Below, in pieces: positions 36,063 through 44,829 of a DNA stretch of 64,000 bases (its first letter is position 1; each line of letters opens with the position of its first letter). Made by a program: the position numbers and the translations under genes. The DNA is from Candidatus Woesebacteria bacterium (lineage in GTDB: Bacteria; Patescibacteriota; Microgenomatia; UBA8517), in contig DMZH01000001.1 of the NCBI GenBank assembly GCA_003484955.1, positions 215,848 to 279,847 on the forward strand, read 5' to 3'. The notes beneath the pieces are model-generated. The model worked only from the letters and a program-made list of their open reading frames with translations. It had not been told where the DNA came from and ran no database searches.

Positions 36063-36926
36063 TTATAGCTCTATGAGGACTTGTTTTTTACCAGGATCCG
36101 TAATTTGGGCAAGTTCAAGATAGCGCTCGGTTGTCGAAAGGCGCTTGTGTCCTGAAACTTGTGAGAGAAGAACAATATCAACTCCGGCTTTAAGGTTTTC
36201 AATAATAAATGTGGTCCTCAAGTCATTGACAGAATAGTTTGGAAGTTCTGCTTTTTGAATATATCTGGCAATTGACGCCCTGATATTTCTGACTGCCAGA
36301 GGCTTTCCGTTTTTACTGATAAACACATACGGCGAATCCGCCTTCGGACGGATTGTCAGGTAGGCATTTAACACATCGGATGCGGGTTTGTTGAGAGGAA
36401 TAGTTCTTTCGGGTTGGGTTGCATAGGCCTCAATTTTTAAGGAATCTCCCCCGACATTTTCAGTCTTTAAGCTGGCAACTTCGGAAATTCTAAGTCCGCT
36501 TTGGAGAATTAGTTCAGTGATAGCGGCGATCCTAATATCATTTCTGACGACATCCCTTAGGGCTCTATACTCAAGAGGGGAGAGAAATTTGGGAAGCGCA
36601 CTTTCAATTTTTGGATGTGCTACCGAAGCGGAAACATCGGATGTAATGATATTTTCCGAAATCATCCATCTAAAGAAGGTTTTGACGGCGTTAAGCTTGC
36701 GGCTAACCGATTTCGGGGTGTATTTATCGGCCAAAAGAGTATCACGAAAAGAGTCGAGATCATCTGGTCTTACCTGTTCGGGTAAAACTTTTTCGCGTCT
36801 GACCAAAAACTCCACTAGCTGAGTTAAGTCGCTTCGGTAGGCCAAAATGGTTGCCGGTGAACGCCTTTTCTCAGTTAACGAATTTATAAATTTTGGGAGC
36901 AGGCTTTTGATAGGTTCTTGTGCCAT
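36063..36926 (-). CDS. Tyrosine site-specific recombinase (XerC/XerD or phage-integrase family)
   Basis: 287 aa; N-terminal SAM-like core-binding domain (ILAYRSDLTQLVEFL), catalytic R...GLRISEV...HKRLSTTERYLEL (R-H-R-Y). Confidence 0.8.
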   Translation of the reverse strand: MAQEPIKSLLPKFINSLTEKRRSPATILAYRSDLTQLVEFLVRREKVLPEQVRPDDLDSFRDTLLADKYTPKSVSRKLNAVKTFFRWMISENIITSDVSASVAHPKIESALPKFLSPLEYRALRDVVRNDIRIAAITELILQSGLRISEVASLKTENVGGDSLKIEAYATQPERTIPLNKPASDVLNAYLTIRPKADSPYVFISKNGKPLAVRNIRASIARYIQKAELPNYSVNDLRTTFIIENLKAGVDIVLLSQVSGHKRLSTTERYLELAQITDPGKKQVLIEL

Positions 36927-37050
36927 AATATATTCGTAGCAGTTTGCTTTGCAATTATGACTCAGATGCTATGGGCACCTTTCGTCTATTTGCTTTGCAA
37001 TTATAGTGCAAATTTTAAAATAGTCAATGCATTACAGGATATAATTAATT

Positions 37051-37440
37051 ATGAAAAACAAAAACCCAGGTCTCCTGGAAGTCAAGTTTAAAAGTGTTTT
37101 GGGATACGCAATATGGTTTTTAGCGGTACTTCTTTCGATTTCCACCGTCAGGAATATAGGTAGAGTAGTAAGCATCAGAAAGCAGGTGGAGGCGGAGAGG
37201 CAGAAAGTCGAAAAAATGCAGGCGGATAACGCAAAACTTCAAACTCAAATCGCTGAAGCGCAAGGACAGGATTTTATCGAAAAGCAAATTCGGAACAAGC
37301 TTGGGCTCACCAAAGAAGGGGAGGCTATGGTTGTGCTTCCGGACGAATCAATAGTCAGAAGTCTTGCCCCTTCTCTAACTTCCGAAGAAGAAACGCTTCC
37401 TGATCCAAACTGGAAGAAATGGGAAAAACTGTTTTTCTAG
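37051..37440 (+). CDS. Septum formation initiator family protein (FtsB/DivIC-like)
   Basis: 129 aa; TM helix then the coiled coil VEAERQKVEKMQADNAKLQTQIAEAQGQDFIEKQIRNKLGLTKEGE, typical of FtsB/DivIC. Confidence 0.6.
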   Translation: MKNKNPGLLEVKFKSVLGYAIWFLAVLLSISTVRNIGRVVSIRKQVEAERQKVEKMQADNAKLQTQIAEAQGQDFIEKQIRNKLGLTKEGEAMVVLPDESIVRSLAPSLTSEEETLPDPNWKKWEKLFF

Positions 37441-37447
37441 CTTCTTG

Positions 37448-37727
37448 TTGCGGGGCTGGGAGTTGAACCCAGCCTGTGAGATTATGCTTTTCGCGTTTCT
37501 CCGGTTTCCCGGAGTGTCGGACTATGTCTTCCCCGAAACAAGTTCGGAGTCTGGCGTATAGTCTCTACGGACTCGCCACATTCAGTTATGAATGTGGATT
37601 GCCTCGGCGTTACCCTGTGACTCGAATAATCTTGTCATTTAGGTTTCACCGATACAGTCAGATTTCATTCTAATCTCTTAGAAATGGCCCAATTTGAGCC
37701 TCACGTGCAGCCGTACACTACCCCGCA
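37448..37727 (-). tRNA. tRNA with anticodon CAU (Met / Ile2-type) interrupted by a group I intron between positions 33 and 34
   Basis: Minus-strand 5' exon 37727-37697: tgcgggg-ta-gtgt-acggct-gcac-g-tgagg-ct. 3' exon 37486-37448: cataa-tctca-cagg-ctggg-ttcaact-cccag-ccccgca-a. Acceptor, anticodon and T stems pair perfectly only after removing 37487-37696. Confidence 0.65.
37487..37696 (-). ncRNA. Group I self-splicing intron (about 210 nt) inside the CAU tRNA
   Basis: 5' exon ends in U that can pair with G of an IGS (exon ggct with intron ggcc). There is a P7-like agactata (plus-strand 37559-37566) with atagtc (plus-strand 37520-37525), and a terminal G before the 3' exon. It has the same architecture as the tRNA-Asn intron. 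Confidence 0.55.
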
Positions 37728-37804
37728 TATAAACGAACAGCTTGAATTATATCATGTTTTCAAATCTTAACAATATTAAACCTAACTATATAGTATAATA
37801 AATT

Positions 37805-38488
37805 ATGTCTAAGTCGGTTCAGAAGGTTGAAGCTAGAGAGTTAAGATTAAAAGGAAAAAGCATTAAAAAAATTGCCAAAAAACTTGGTGTTTCGGTTGGC
37901 TCTGTAAGTATTTGGTGTCGGGATATCGAATTAAGTCTTGATCAGAAAAAGATATTGGATATTAATGCTAGAAATCCTTATTACGGCGGAAGGGGGGTTT
38001 ATTTAAGAAACTTAAAAAAGAGAACCGACCTGAAGGCCAAAAAACTTGAAAAGGCCGGAGTTAAAGAAATAGGGAAACTGGGCAAAAGAGAACTGTTTCT
38101 AACCGGCGCAGCCCTTTATTGGGCGGAGGGTTTTAAAAAAGACAGCCAGGTAGGTTTGGCCAGTCTTGATTCCAAAATGATTAAATTTTTTATTAAATGG
38201 CTTAAAGTTTGTTTTGGATATAAAGATCAGGACCTAATGTTTAGACTGACGGTAAACATCAGTCATAAATACAGAATTTCCGAGATTGAAAAACACTGGT
38301 CGGAGGAACTAAAAATTCCCCTCAGCCAATTCCAAAAGCCTTTTTACCAAAATTTTATATGGAAAAAGGTTTACGACAATCCAGAAGATTACTTTGGTGT
38401 TTTAAGAGTTAAGGTGCGAAAAAGTAAAGATTTTCTGAGAAAAATTTATGGATTTATCGATGGTTTGAGATTACAAGCTCAAGTGTAG
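37805..38488 (+). CDS. HTH-domain protein with a LAGLIDADG-like (second-motif type, LYWAEG) endonuclease-like domain
   Basis: 227 aa; N-terminal HTH (IKKIAKKLGVSVGSVSIWCRD). Central FLTGAALYWAEGFKKDSQV...FIKWLKVCFGYKD resembles the GLYVAEGDK motif and following strand of LAGLIDADG homing endonucleases. Confidence 0.45.
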   Translation: MSKSVQKVEARELRLKGKSIKKIAKKLGVSVGSVSIWCRDIELSLDQKKILDINARNPYYGGRGVYLRNLKKRTDLKAKKLEKAGVKEIGKLGKRELFLTGAALYWAEGFKKDSQVGLASLDSKMIKFFIKWLKVCFGYKDQDLMFRLTVNISHKYRISEIEKHWSEELKIPLSQFQKPFYQNFIWKKVYDNPEDYFGVLRVKVRKSKDFLRKIYGFIDGLRLQAQV

Positions 38489-38504
38489 TAAAATAGCCAT
38501 GTTT

Positions 38505-38577
38505 GCCGGCGTAGCTCAGTGGTAGTAGCGGACGTTTCATAAGCGTCAGGTCACAGGTTCAATCCCTGTCGCCGGCA
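38505..38577 (+). tRNA. tRNA-Met (anticodon CAU; elongator-type features)
   Basis: gccggcg-ta-gctc...-g-gacgt-ttCATaa-gcgtc-aggtc-acagg-ttcaatc-cctgt-cgccggc-a. G1-C72 paired and no run of three G-C pairs in the anticodon stem, so not a canonical initiator. Confidence 0.8.
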
Positions 38578-38605
38578 CATTTTTGTTTTCTGATACACTA
38601 AACAT

Positions 38606-39592
38606 ATGAAAAAAAGAGTATTTTCCGGTACAAGGGCCACGGGCAGATTGCATTTGGGCAACTATCTTGGGGCAGTAAAGGGATATTTGGAATTACAAAA
38701 TAACCCCGATTATGAGGCCATTTATATGGTTATGGATTTGCATGCCATAACGACCCCCTACGATAAGGCAAAATTGTTCGAAAACACCAGAAATGTAGTT
38801 ATGGATTATCTTGCCTGCGGACTTGATCCTGAAAAGTCCATAATTACAGCACAATCTTTAGTTCCGGAACACACGTTTCTTGCCCACATTCTTTCATCCG
38901 AAATTACTGTTGCCAGAATGCAGCACCTTCCCACATTTAAAGAAAAAGTTAAACAGCACCCCGATCACGTAACCATGGCACTTCTTAATTACCCGGTTTT
39001 GATGGCTTCCGACATACTTCTTTATAAAGCAAGTCTGGTTCCTGTTGGTATTGATCAGGAACCGCATTTGGAGGTTGCCCGCGAAATTGCCAGGAAAATA
39101 AACGAAAAATACGGCACAGATTTCCCCGAGCCAAAACGTTTTGCCACACAAGGAGAATATGTTCCGTCCCTGACAGGGGAGGGGAAAATGAGCAAAAGCG
39201 TTGAGGGAAGTTATATAGGTTTGACGGATAGTTTGGATGAAATTAAAAAGAAACTCTCAGGAGCTCCTACAGATTCAGGGAAAGGTGAGGCTATTCCGGA
39301 AAAGGGAGGAGTCGCCAATCTTTTTAAGCTAGTTGAATTATTTGAAGGTTCTGAAAAAAGAAAAGAATACGAAGAAAAATATCTCGGTGGTGGGGTAAGA
39401 TACGGCGAGTTGAAAACGGAACTTGCAGAGGCTATATTTAAAGAAATTGAGCCTATCCAAAAACAAAGAAAAATCTATGAGAACGATCCGTCTTTGGTTG
39501 AAAGGGTTATTAAGGAAGGAGCTGAAAAAGCAGGGATAATTGCCGGAAAAACAATAGAGGAGATAAAAGATAAAATTGGGCTAATCAAATAA
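38606..39592 (+). CDS. trpS: Tryptophanyl-tRNA synthetase
   Basis: 328 aa class I aaRS; GTRATGRLHLGNYLG (HIGH-type) and KMSKS. Size and motifs fit TrpRS. Confidence 0.85.
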   Translation: MKKRVFSGTRATGRLHLGNYLGAVKGYLELQNNPDYEAIYMVMDLHAITTPYDKAKLFENTRNVVMDYLACGLDPEKSIITAQSLVPEHTFLAHILSSEITVARMQHLPTFKEKVKQHPDHVTMALLNYPVLMASDILLYKASLVPVGIDQEPHLEVAREIARKINEKYGTDFPEPKRFATQGEYVPSLTGEGKMSKSVEGSYIGLTDSLDEIKKKLSGAPTDSGKGEAIPEKGGVANLFKLVELFEGSEKRKEYEEKYLGGGVRYGELKTELAEAIFKEIEPIQKQRKIYENDPSLVERVIKEGAEKAGIIAGKTIEEIKDKIGLIK

Positions 39593-39960
39593 TGGACAAC
39601 ATTTCTTTTGACGATTTTGAAAAGGTTGATATCAGAATCGGCACCGTAGTTTCCGCAGAGGTTCCGGAGTGGAGCCATTGGGTTATGAAGCTAAAGGTTG
39701 ATTTTGGTCCCGAAATTGGAGAAAAGCAGTGTTTTTCGGGAATTATGAAATTCTACAAACCCGAAGAGTTGCTTGGTAAACAGTTTCCGTTTGTTATCAA
39801 CCTGGAGCCTAGAAAAATGGGGCCGGAAAGAGAGGCCAGTGAGGCAATGATGATAATGGCTGCCCCCGGGGACAATCTGCCGGAAGAAGAAATGGAAGAT
39901 GTTGCCCCCGTCCTTTTTCAGCTTCAAAACAAAGTTGCCGACGGGACAAAAGTACGTTAA
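39592..39960 (+). CDS. tRNA-binding domain protein (CsaA/Trbp111/EMAP-like OB fold)
   Basis: 122 aa; FEKVDIRIGTVVSAEVPEWS...LKVDFGPEIGEKQCFSGI...NLEPRKMGP is the Myf/tRNA_bind domain. Confidence 0.7.
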   Translation: MDNISFDDFEKVDIRIGTVVSAEVPEWSHWVMKLKVDFGPEIGEKQCFSGIMKFYKPEELLGKQFPFVINLEPRKMGPEREASEAMMIMAAPGDNLPEEEMEDVAPVLFQLQNKVADGTKVR

Positions 39961-39981
39961 AGGTGTATTATTGACACTCAT

Positions 39982-41868
39982 ATGGATCCAACTAAGTTTT
40001 TTAGTCAAAACTCAACCGGTAAAAAAGCATCAAAAAATGGCCAGAAGCAGGTTAAAGTCAAACTTCGCATCAACCTTTGGACAATTGCGGCAATTATCCT
40101 GATTATATTTTTCATAATTCCGGGATTTATTGCAGCTGTACAAACATTAGGCAACTCCTCAAAAGAAAACATCTCCCAATTGATGACAGATATAAAAGGA
40201 GGAAAGGTAGACAAGGTAAGTGTTGAAGGATCAAAACTTCTTGTAACTTATAAGGACGAGTCGGTTAAGGTTTCAACAAAAGAAGATACGGAAAACTTTT
40301 CCGACCTTCTAAAAAATTACGAAATCGATCCTGCAAGCGTGAATTATGAAATTGTCGACCAGTCGGCTGCCAAAGTAATCGGGGACATTATCGGAATCGT
40401 GCTACCGCTCATTCTTATGGTTGGATTTTTCTACTATATAATGCGTGCTCAAAACAAGGGAGCTCAGGATATTTTCTCTTTTGGTAGAAGTAAGGCAAAA
40501 ATTTTTGCCAAGGGTAAACAGAGCGTAACTTTTATTGATGTTGCCGGAGTTGATGATGCCAAAAAAGAACTTGAAGAGCTTGTGGATTTTCTCAAAAATC
40601 CGGCCAAATATAGAAAAATCGGAGCAAGAACCCCCAAAGGAGCGCTTTTGGTTGGGCCGTCCGGTGTGGGAAAAACTCTTTTGGCCAAAGCTGTTGCCGG
40701 AGAGGCTGGGGTGCCGTTTTTTTCAATGGCGGGAAGTGAGTTTATGGAAATGCTTGTCGGAGTAGGAGCCTCGAGAGCCCGCGATCTTTTTGCCCAGGCG
40801 AAAGCAGCAGCCCCTTCAATCATTTTTATTGATGAAATTGATGCAATAGGGCGTCAAAGAGGTAGGGGAATGATGGGTGGACACGATGAAAGGGAACAGA
40901 CACTAAATCAAATTTTGGTTGAAATGGATGGTTTTACTCCGAACGATAACGTAATTGTTATAGCGGCCACCAATAGAGGGGATTTACTCGATCCGGCACT
41001 TCTCAGGCCGGGAAGGTTTGACAGAAGAATAGTTCTTGATATGCCTGATAAAGAAGGCAGACTGGCAATCTTACATATTCACGCACGGGGTAAGAAATTT
41101 GCCAAAGGAGTTGACTGGAGTAAAGTTGCCGACAGAACCGTTGGTTTTTCGGGAGCCGATCTTGAGAATATGTTAAACGAGGCTGCAATCGGAACCGCGA
41201 GGAACGGCAATAGTGAAATTTCAATGGCTGACCTTGAGGAATCTTCAACCAAAGTTAAGCTTGGACCTGCCAAAAAGAGGCTTCAAAGCGATGAAGATAA
41301 AAAATTGACTGCCTATCATGAGGCAGGACACGCCATTGTCACACATTTTTTGAAAAATATGGACCCGGTTCATCGAATTTCCATAGTTGCCCGTGGAATG
41401 AGTTTGGGTCACACTTTAATTCCTCCTGTGGGAGATAGAACTCACGAAACAAAATCCCGTTTATTGGAGCAGATTACGGCCATGCTTGGAGGACGGGCCG
41501 CGGAACAAATTGTGTTTAATGAAATGACCAGCGGAGCGGCAAACGATATTGCCCAAGCCACAAAAATTTCTAAAGCAATGGTTGTGGAATTTGGAATGAG
41601 TGAACTTGGACCAATTAACTTCGGACCCGATATGGGAATGGGGGATTTTGGACAAATGGAATGGTACGAACAGGCCCAAAACTCACCTTCCTTTATGGAA
41701 AAAATAGATACCGAAACCAAAAAATTCTTAGATATGGGCTACAAAGCCGCCGTAAAACTTATTAAAGAGAAAAGAAAATTACTGGATAAAGTAAGCAAAG
41801 CTTTGATTGAAAAAGAAACTCTTGATCGGGACGACTTCGAAAAGATTGTTGGTAGGAAGATATCCTGA
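39982..41868 (+). CDS. ftsH: ATP-dependent zinc metalloprotease FtsH
   Basis: 628 aa; N-terminal TM, AAA Walker A GPSGVGKTLLAKAVAGEA, second region of homology, zinc motif HEAGHA. Confidence 0.9.
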   Translation: MDPTKFFSQNSTGKKASKNGQKQVKVKLRINLWTIAAIILIIFFIIPGFIAAVQTLGNSSKENISQLMTDIKGGKVDKVSVEGSKLLVTYKDESVKVSTKEDTENFSDLLKNYEIDPASVNYEIVDQSAAKVIGDIIGIVLPLILMVGFFYYIMRAQNKGAQDIFSFGRSKAKIFAKGKQSVTFIDVAGVDDAKKELEELVDFLKNPAKYRKIGARTPKGALLVGPSGVGKTLLAKAVAGEAGVPFFSMAGSEFMEMLVGVGASRARDLFAQAKAAAPSIIFIDEIDAIGRQRGRGMMGGHDEREQTLNQILVEMDGFTPNDNVIVIAATNRGDLLDPALLRPGRFDRRIVLDMPDKEGRLAILHIHARGKKFAKGVDWSKVADRTVGFSGADLENMLNEAAIGTARNGNSEISMADLEESSTKVKLGPAKKRLQSDEDKKLTAYHEAGHAIVTHFLKNMDPVHRISIVARGMSLGHTLIPPVGDRTHETKSRLLEQITAMLGGRAAEQIVFNEMTSGAANDIAQATKISKAMVVEFGMSELGPINFGPDMGMGDFGQMEWYEQAQNSPSFMEKIDTETKKFLDMGYKAAVKLIKEKRKLLDKVSKALIEKETLDRDDFEKIVGRKIS

Positions 41869-41897
41869 AAACTTCAGACGGTTTAAGGTAAAATACT

Positions 41898-42830
41898 GTG
41901 TATATGTCTAAATTGGTAATAATTGATGGAAATGCCATTCTTCATAGGGCTTTCCATGCCATGCCACCCCTAACTACAAGAAGCGGTGAGCCCATCAATG
42001 CCGTCTACGGACTTGTTTCAATGTTTTTACGGGTTATCCAGGATCTTAAACCTGACTCCATTGCTGTGGCCTTTGACGAGAAGGAAAAAACATTCAGACA
42101 TAAGGAATTTGAAAAATATCAATCTCAGCGTCCCCCTACCGCGGACGAACTCTTGTCACAGTTTGGAAAAGCCAGAGATTTTTTTAAAGCGGTGGGCATT
42201 CCAATTTATTCAAAGCCCGGTTTTGAGGCAGATGATGTAATTGGGACAATTGCTACGAGAAGTTTCGATAAATTAAAAATTAAAAATTTAAAATCAAAAA
42301 TTGATGAGGTAATAATCATTACGGGAGACAGAGACATTCTCCAACTGGTGGACGACAAAACAAAACTCTATATGCCTATCGTCGGACTTGCTAACGCCAA
42401 GCTTTACGACGCCGCCGCGGCGACGGAAAGGATGGGAGTGCCCCCTGAGGAGATTCCGGATTATAAAGCACTGGTTGGAGATGCTTCAGATAACTATCCC
42501 GGAGTGGGGGGTATCGGACCAAAGACTGCGGAAAAACTTTTAGAGAAGTATGGAAGTATAGATAATATTTATGCTCATTTACAGGATATTGAGCCGAAAA
42601 CAAGGCAAAAGTTGACTGATGGTAAAAAGGACGCAAAGTTATTCCACAGGCTTGCTACAATAGTCAAAGATGTTCCCATGGAAATTGATTTCCCGCAAAT
42701 GGAAAAGTGGAAAATTGACAGTCCCGAGGTGTTTAATCTTTTTGAAAAGTTTGGTTTTAAGACCTTAACGGATAGAATTAAGAAAGTTGGCAAGTCAATT
42801 GACGAAAGTAAGCAAAATACTTTATTTTGA
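41898..42830 (+). CDS. 5'-3' exonuclease (FEN-like; Pol I N-terminal domain homologue)
   Basis: 310 aa; LVIIDGNAILHRAFHA, acidic clusters (DVIGT, TGDRDILQL) and the helix-hairpin-helix segment GVGGIGPKTAEKLL. Confidence 0.8.
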   Translation: MYMSKLVIIDGNAILHRAFHAMPPLTTRSGEPINAVYGLVSMFLRVIQDLKPDSIAVAFDEKEKTFRHKEFEKYQSQRPPTADELLSQFGKARDFFKAVGIPIYSKPGFEADDVIGTIATRSFDKLKIKNLKSKIDEVIIITGDRDILQLVDDKTKLYMPIVGLANAKLYDAAAATERMGVPPEEIPDYKALVGDASDNYPGVGGIGPKTAEKLLEKYGSIDNIYAHLQDIEPKTRQKLTDGKKDAKLFHRLATIVKDVPMEIDFPQMEKWKIDSPEVFNLFEKFGFKTLTDRIKKVGKSIDESKQNTLF

Positions 42831-42836
42831 CACTAT

Positions 42837-43952
42837 ATGAAAATTGCAATAGTTCATGATTATTTAAAAGAGTATGGCGGGGCGGAGAGGGTGTTGGAAA
42901 CTTTTTTGGAAATTTGGCCGGATGCCGATATTTACACAACTGTTTTCCTACCCGAATTTGCCGGGCCACACAAAGGCCGTGTTGAAAAATGGAACGTAAA
43001 GACTTCATTTTTACAGTACGTACCATTTAAAGCGAAATTGATTAGCATGTTCAGGTTTGTTGCCCCGTGTGTTTTCAAAAGTTTTGATCTTTCTAAATAT
43101 GATTTAGTAATAACTTCGACAGCCGGAACTTACACCAGTCCGAATTTTGTCAAAGTAGATAAGAAGGCTTTGTTTATAAATTACTGCCACACCCCCCCAA
43201 GATATCTTTATGGGTATCCTGTTGCCAACGATTGGAGAAGCAACTGGTTTAGAAGAATACTTTTATTTTTGGGTAAATTGCCGATGTATTTTTTGCGAAA
43301 GTTGGATTATGAATCGGCTCAACTTCCCGATTATATTATTGCCAACTCCAGGGAAGTGGCCGGAAGGATAAAAAGATTCTACCGCAGGGAATCGACTGTA
43401 ATTTACCCTCCGGTTGAAATTCCAAAACCGGACGGATTGCCACAAAAAGGTGACTATTATTTGATTGGAGGCAGGGTTTCGAGGCACAAAGGACACGATA
43501 TTGCTATAAAAGCGTTTACTGAATTGGGATTTTCCCTTAAAGTTTTTGGTGGAACTTTTGCCTCGTATGGACTTGATCAGTTTAAAAAATTTGCCGGAAA
43601 AAATATTGAATTTCTGGGTGAGGTGAGTGAGAGCGATAAATGGAAACTAATGAAAAGTGCAAAGGCTTTTATTTTTCCATCAGAACAGGAAGACTTTGGA
43701 ATTATTCCAGTTGAAGCAATGGCAGCGGGAACCCCGGTTATTGCTCTAAACCAGGGTGGGGTAAAAGAAACTGTGATAGATGGTAAAACAGGTCTGTTTT
43801 TCAATGAAAGAACACCGGAGGCATTATCGGAAGCAGTCAGAAAGTTTGAAAAAATGAATATCAAAAGTGAAGACTGTATAAATCAAGCCAAGAAGTTTTC
43901 AAAAGAACGTTTCAAAAAGGAAATGGTAGAGTTTGTAAATAATTATGCCTGA
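42837..43952 (+). CDS. Glycosyltransferase, GT-B fold (family 4-like)
   Basis: 371 aa; C-terminal EDFGIIPVEAMAAGTPVIALNQGGVKETV (E-x7-E-like motif). Confidence 0.75.
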   Translation: MKIAIVHDYLKEYGGAERVLETFLEIWPDADIYTTVFLPEFAGPHKGRVEKWNVKTSFLQYVPFKAKLISMFRFVAPCVFKSFDLSKYDLVITSTAGTYTSPNFVKVDKKALFINYCHTPPRYLYGYPVANDWRSNWFRRILLFLGKLPMYFLRKLDYESAQLPDYIIANSREVAGRIKRFYRRESTVIYPPVEIPKPDGLPQKGDYYLIGGRVSRHKGHDIAIKAFTELGFSLKVFGGTFASYGLDQFKKFAGKNIEFLGEVSESDKWKLMKSAKAFIFPSEQEDFGIIPVEAMAAGTPVIALNQGGVKETVIDGKTGLFFNERTPEALSEAVRKFEKMNIKSEDCINQAKKFSKERFKKEMVEFVNNYA

Positions 43953-44817
43953 ATTGCCTGAAGTTGAGACAATGCGGTTGCAGTTAAAAAGGTTCCTTGT
44001 GGGACATGACATTGCATCTGTCGAAGTTAAAAACCGTAAGACTTTCCAAGGAGATGAAAACAAAATTCTAAACTCCAAAGTAATGGGTGTTAGACGTTTT
44101 GGAAAGGTATTAGTAATTGATCTTGCAAACGGATATTCAATCCTGACACATGTAAAGCTCACGGGGCAGTTTATTTATAGAGGTCCCAATCTTCCCAAAC
44201 CCCAAGAGCTTTCCAAAAAAGTTACGGGTGGGGTTCCCGGTCCCCACACTTTGGTTATTTTTAACTTAGATAGAAACGGAACACTCTATTACAATGATGT
44301 CAGACGTTTCGGTTGGATTAGAATAGAAAAAACAGAAGACGTTGAGAAGGAAAAGTTTATTATTAAACTAGGGCCGGAACCTCACGTCGCTGAAAGCTCT
44401 GCAGGGCAGGCCCTTCTTACATTAGATTTATTTAAGGAAATTCTTTCCAAAACTTCGAGAGCGGTTAAGGTGGTTTTGATGGATCAGGAAAAGATGGGTG
44501 GGGTGGGGAACATTTATGCAAATGATGCGCTTTGGCTTTCTAAAGTTAATCCCAAAACTCCGGCAAAAAGTTTGGACCCCAAATCCGTAAAAAAACTATA
44601 TGAAGCAATTATCACAGTTCTTAAGGCAGGAATAAAATACGGCGGGGCAAGTGAACTTGCTTTTGTAACTCCTGACGGAACGGAAGGTAATTATCAGAAC
44701 CACACTTTAGTTTATGGACATGAGGGAGAACCATGTGAGAGGTGCCATAAAGCAAGGATTAATAAATTCTTTTTAAGTGGACGGGGGACATACTCCTGTC
44801 CTTTCTGCCAAAAGTGA
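43945..44817 (+). CDS. mutM: Formamidopyrimidine-DNA glycosylase (Fpg/Nei family)
   Basis: 290 aa; N-terminal MPELPEVET catalytic Pro-Glu, H2TH region, C-terminal zinc finger CERCHKARINKFFLSGRGTYSCPFC. Confidence 0.8.
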   Translation: MPELPEVETMRLQLKRFLVGHDIASVEVKNRKTFQGDENKILNSKVMGVRRFGKVLVIDLANGYSILTHVKLTGQFIYRGPNLPKPQELSKKVTGGVPGPHTLVIFNLDRNGTLYYNDVRRFGWIRIEKTEDVEKEKFIIKLGPEPHVAESSAGQALLTLDLFKEILSKTSRAVKVVLMDQEKMGGVGNIYANDALWLSKVNPKTPAKSLDPKSVKKLYEAIITVLKAGIKYGGASELAFVTPDGTEGNYQNHTLVYGHEGEPCERCHKARINKFFLSGRGTYSCPFCQK

Positions 44818-44829
44818 CATAATTAATTT

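Noticed and set aside
37476-37673. 65-aa plus-strand ORF
   Set aside because: Falls inside the group I intron of the minus-strand tRNA, so it is spurious.
37448-37727. Possible tmRNA (ssrA), suggested by a GGGUUCAACUCCC T-arm resembling E. coli tmRNA
   Set aside because: No G3-U70 pair in the acceptor stem. No tag-peptide frame ending in hydrophobic residues plus stop. A normal anticodon stem-loop and group I P7 elements are present. It is better explained as an intron-containing tRNA(CAU).
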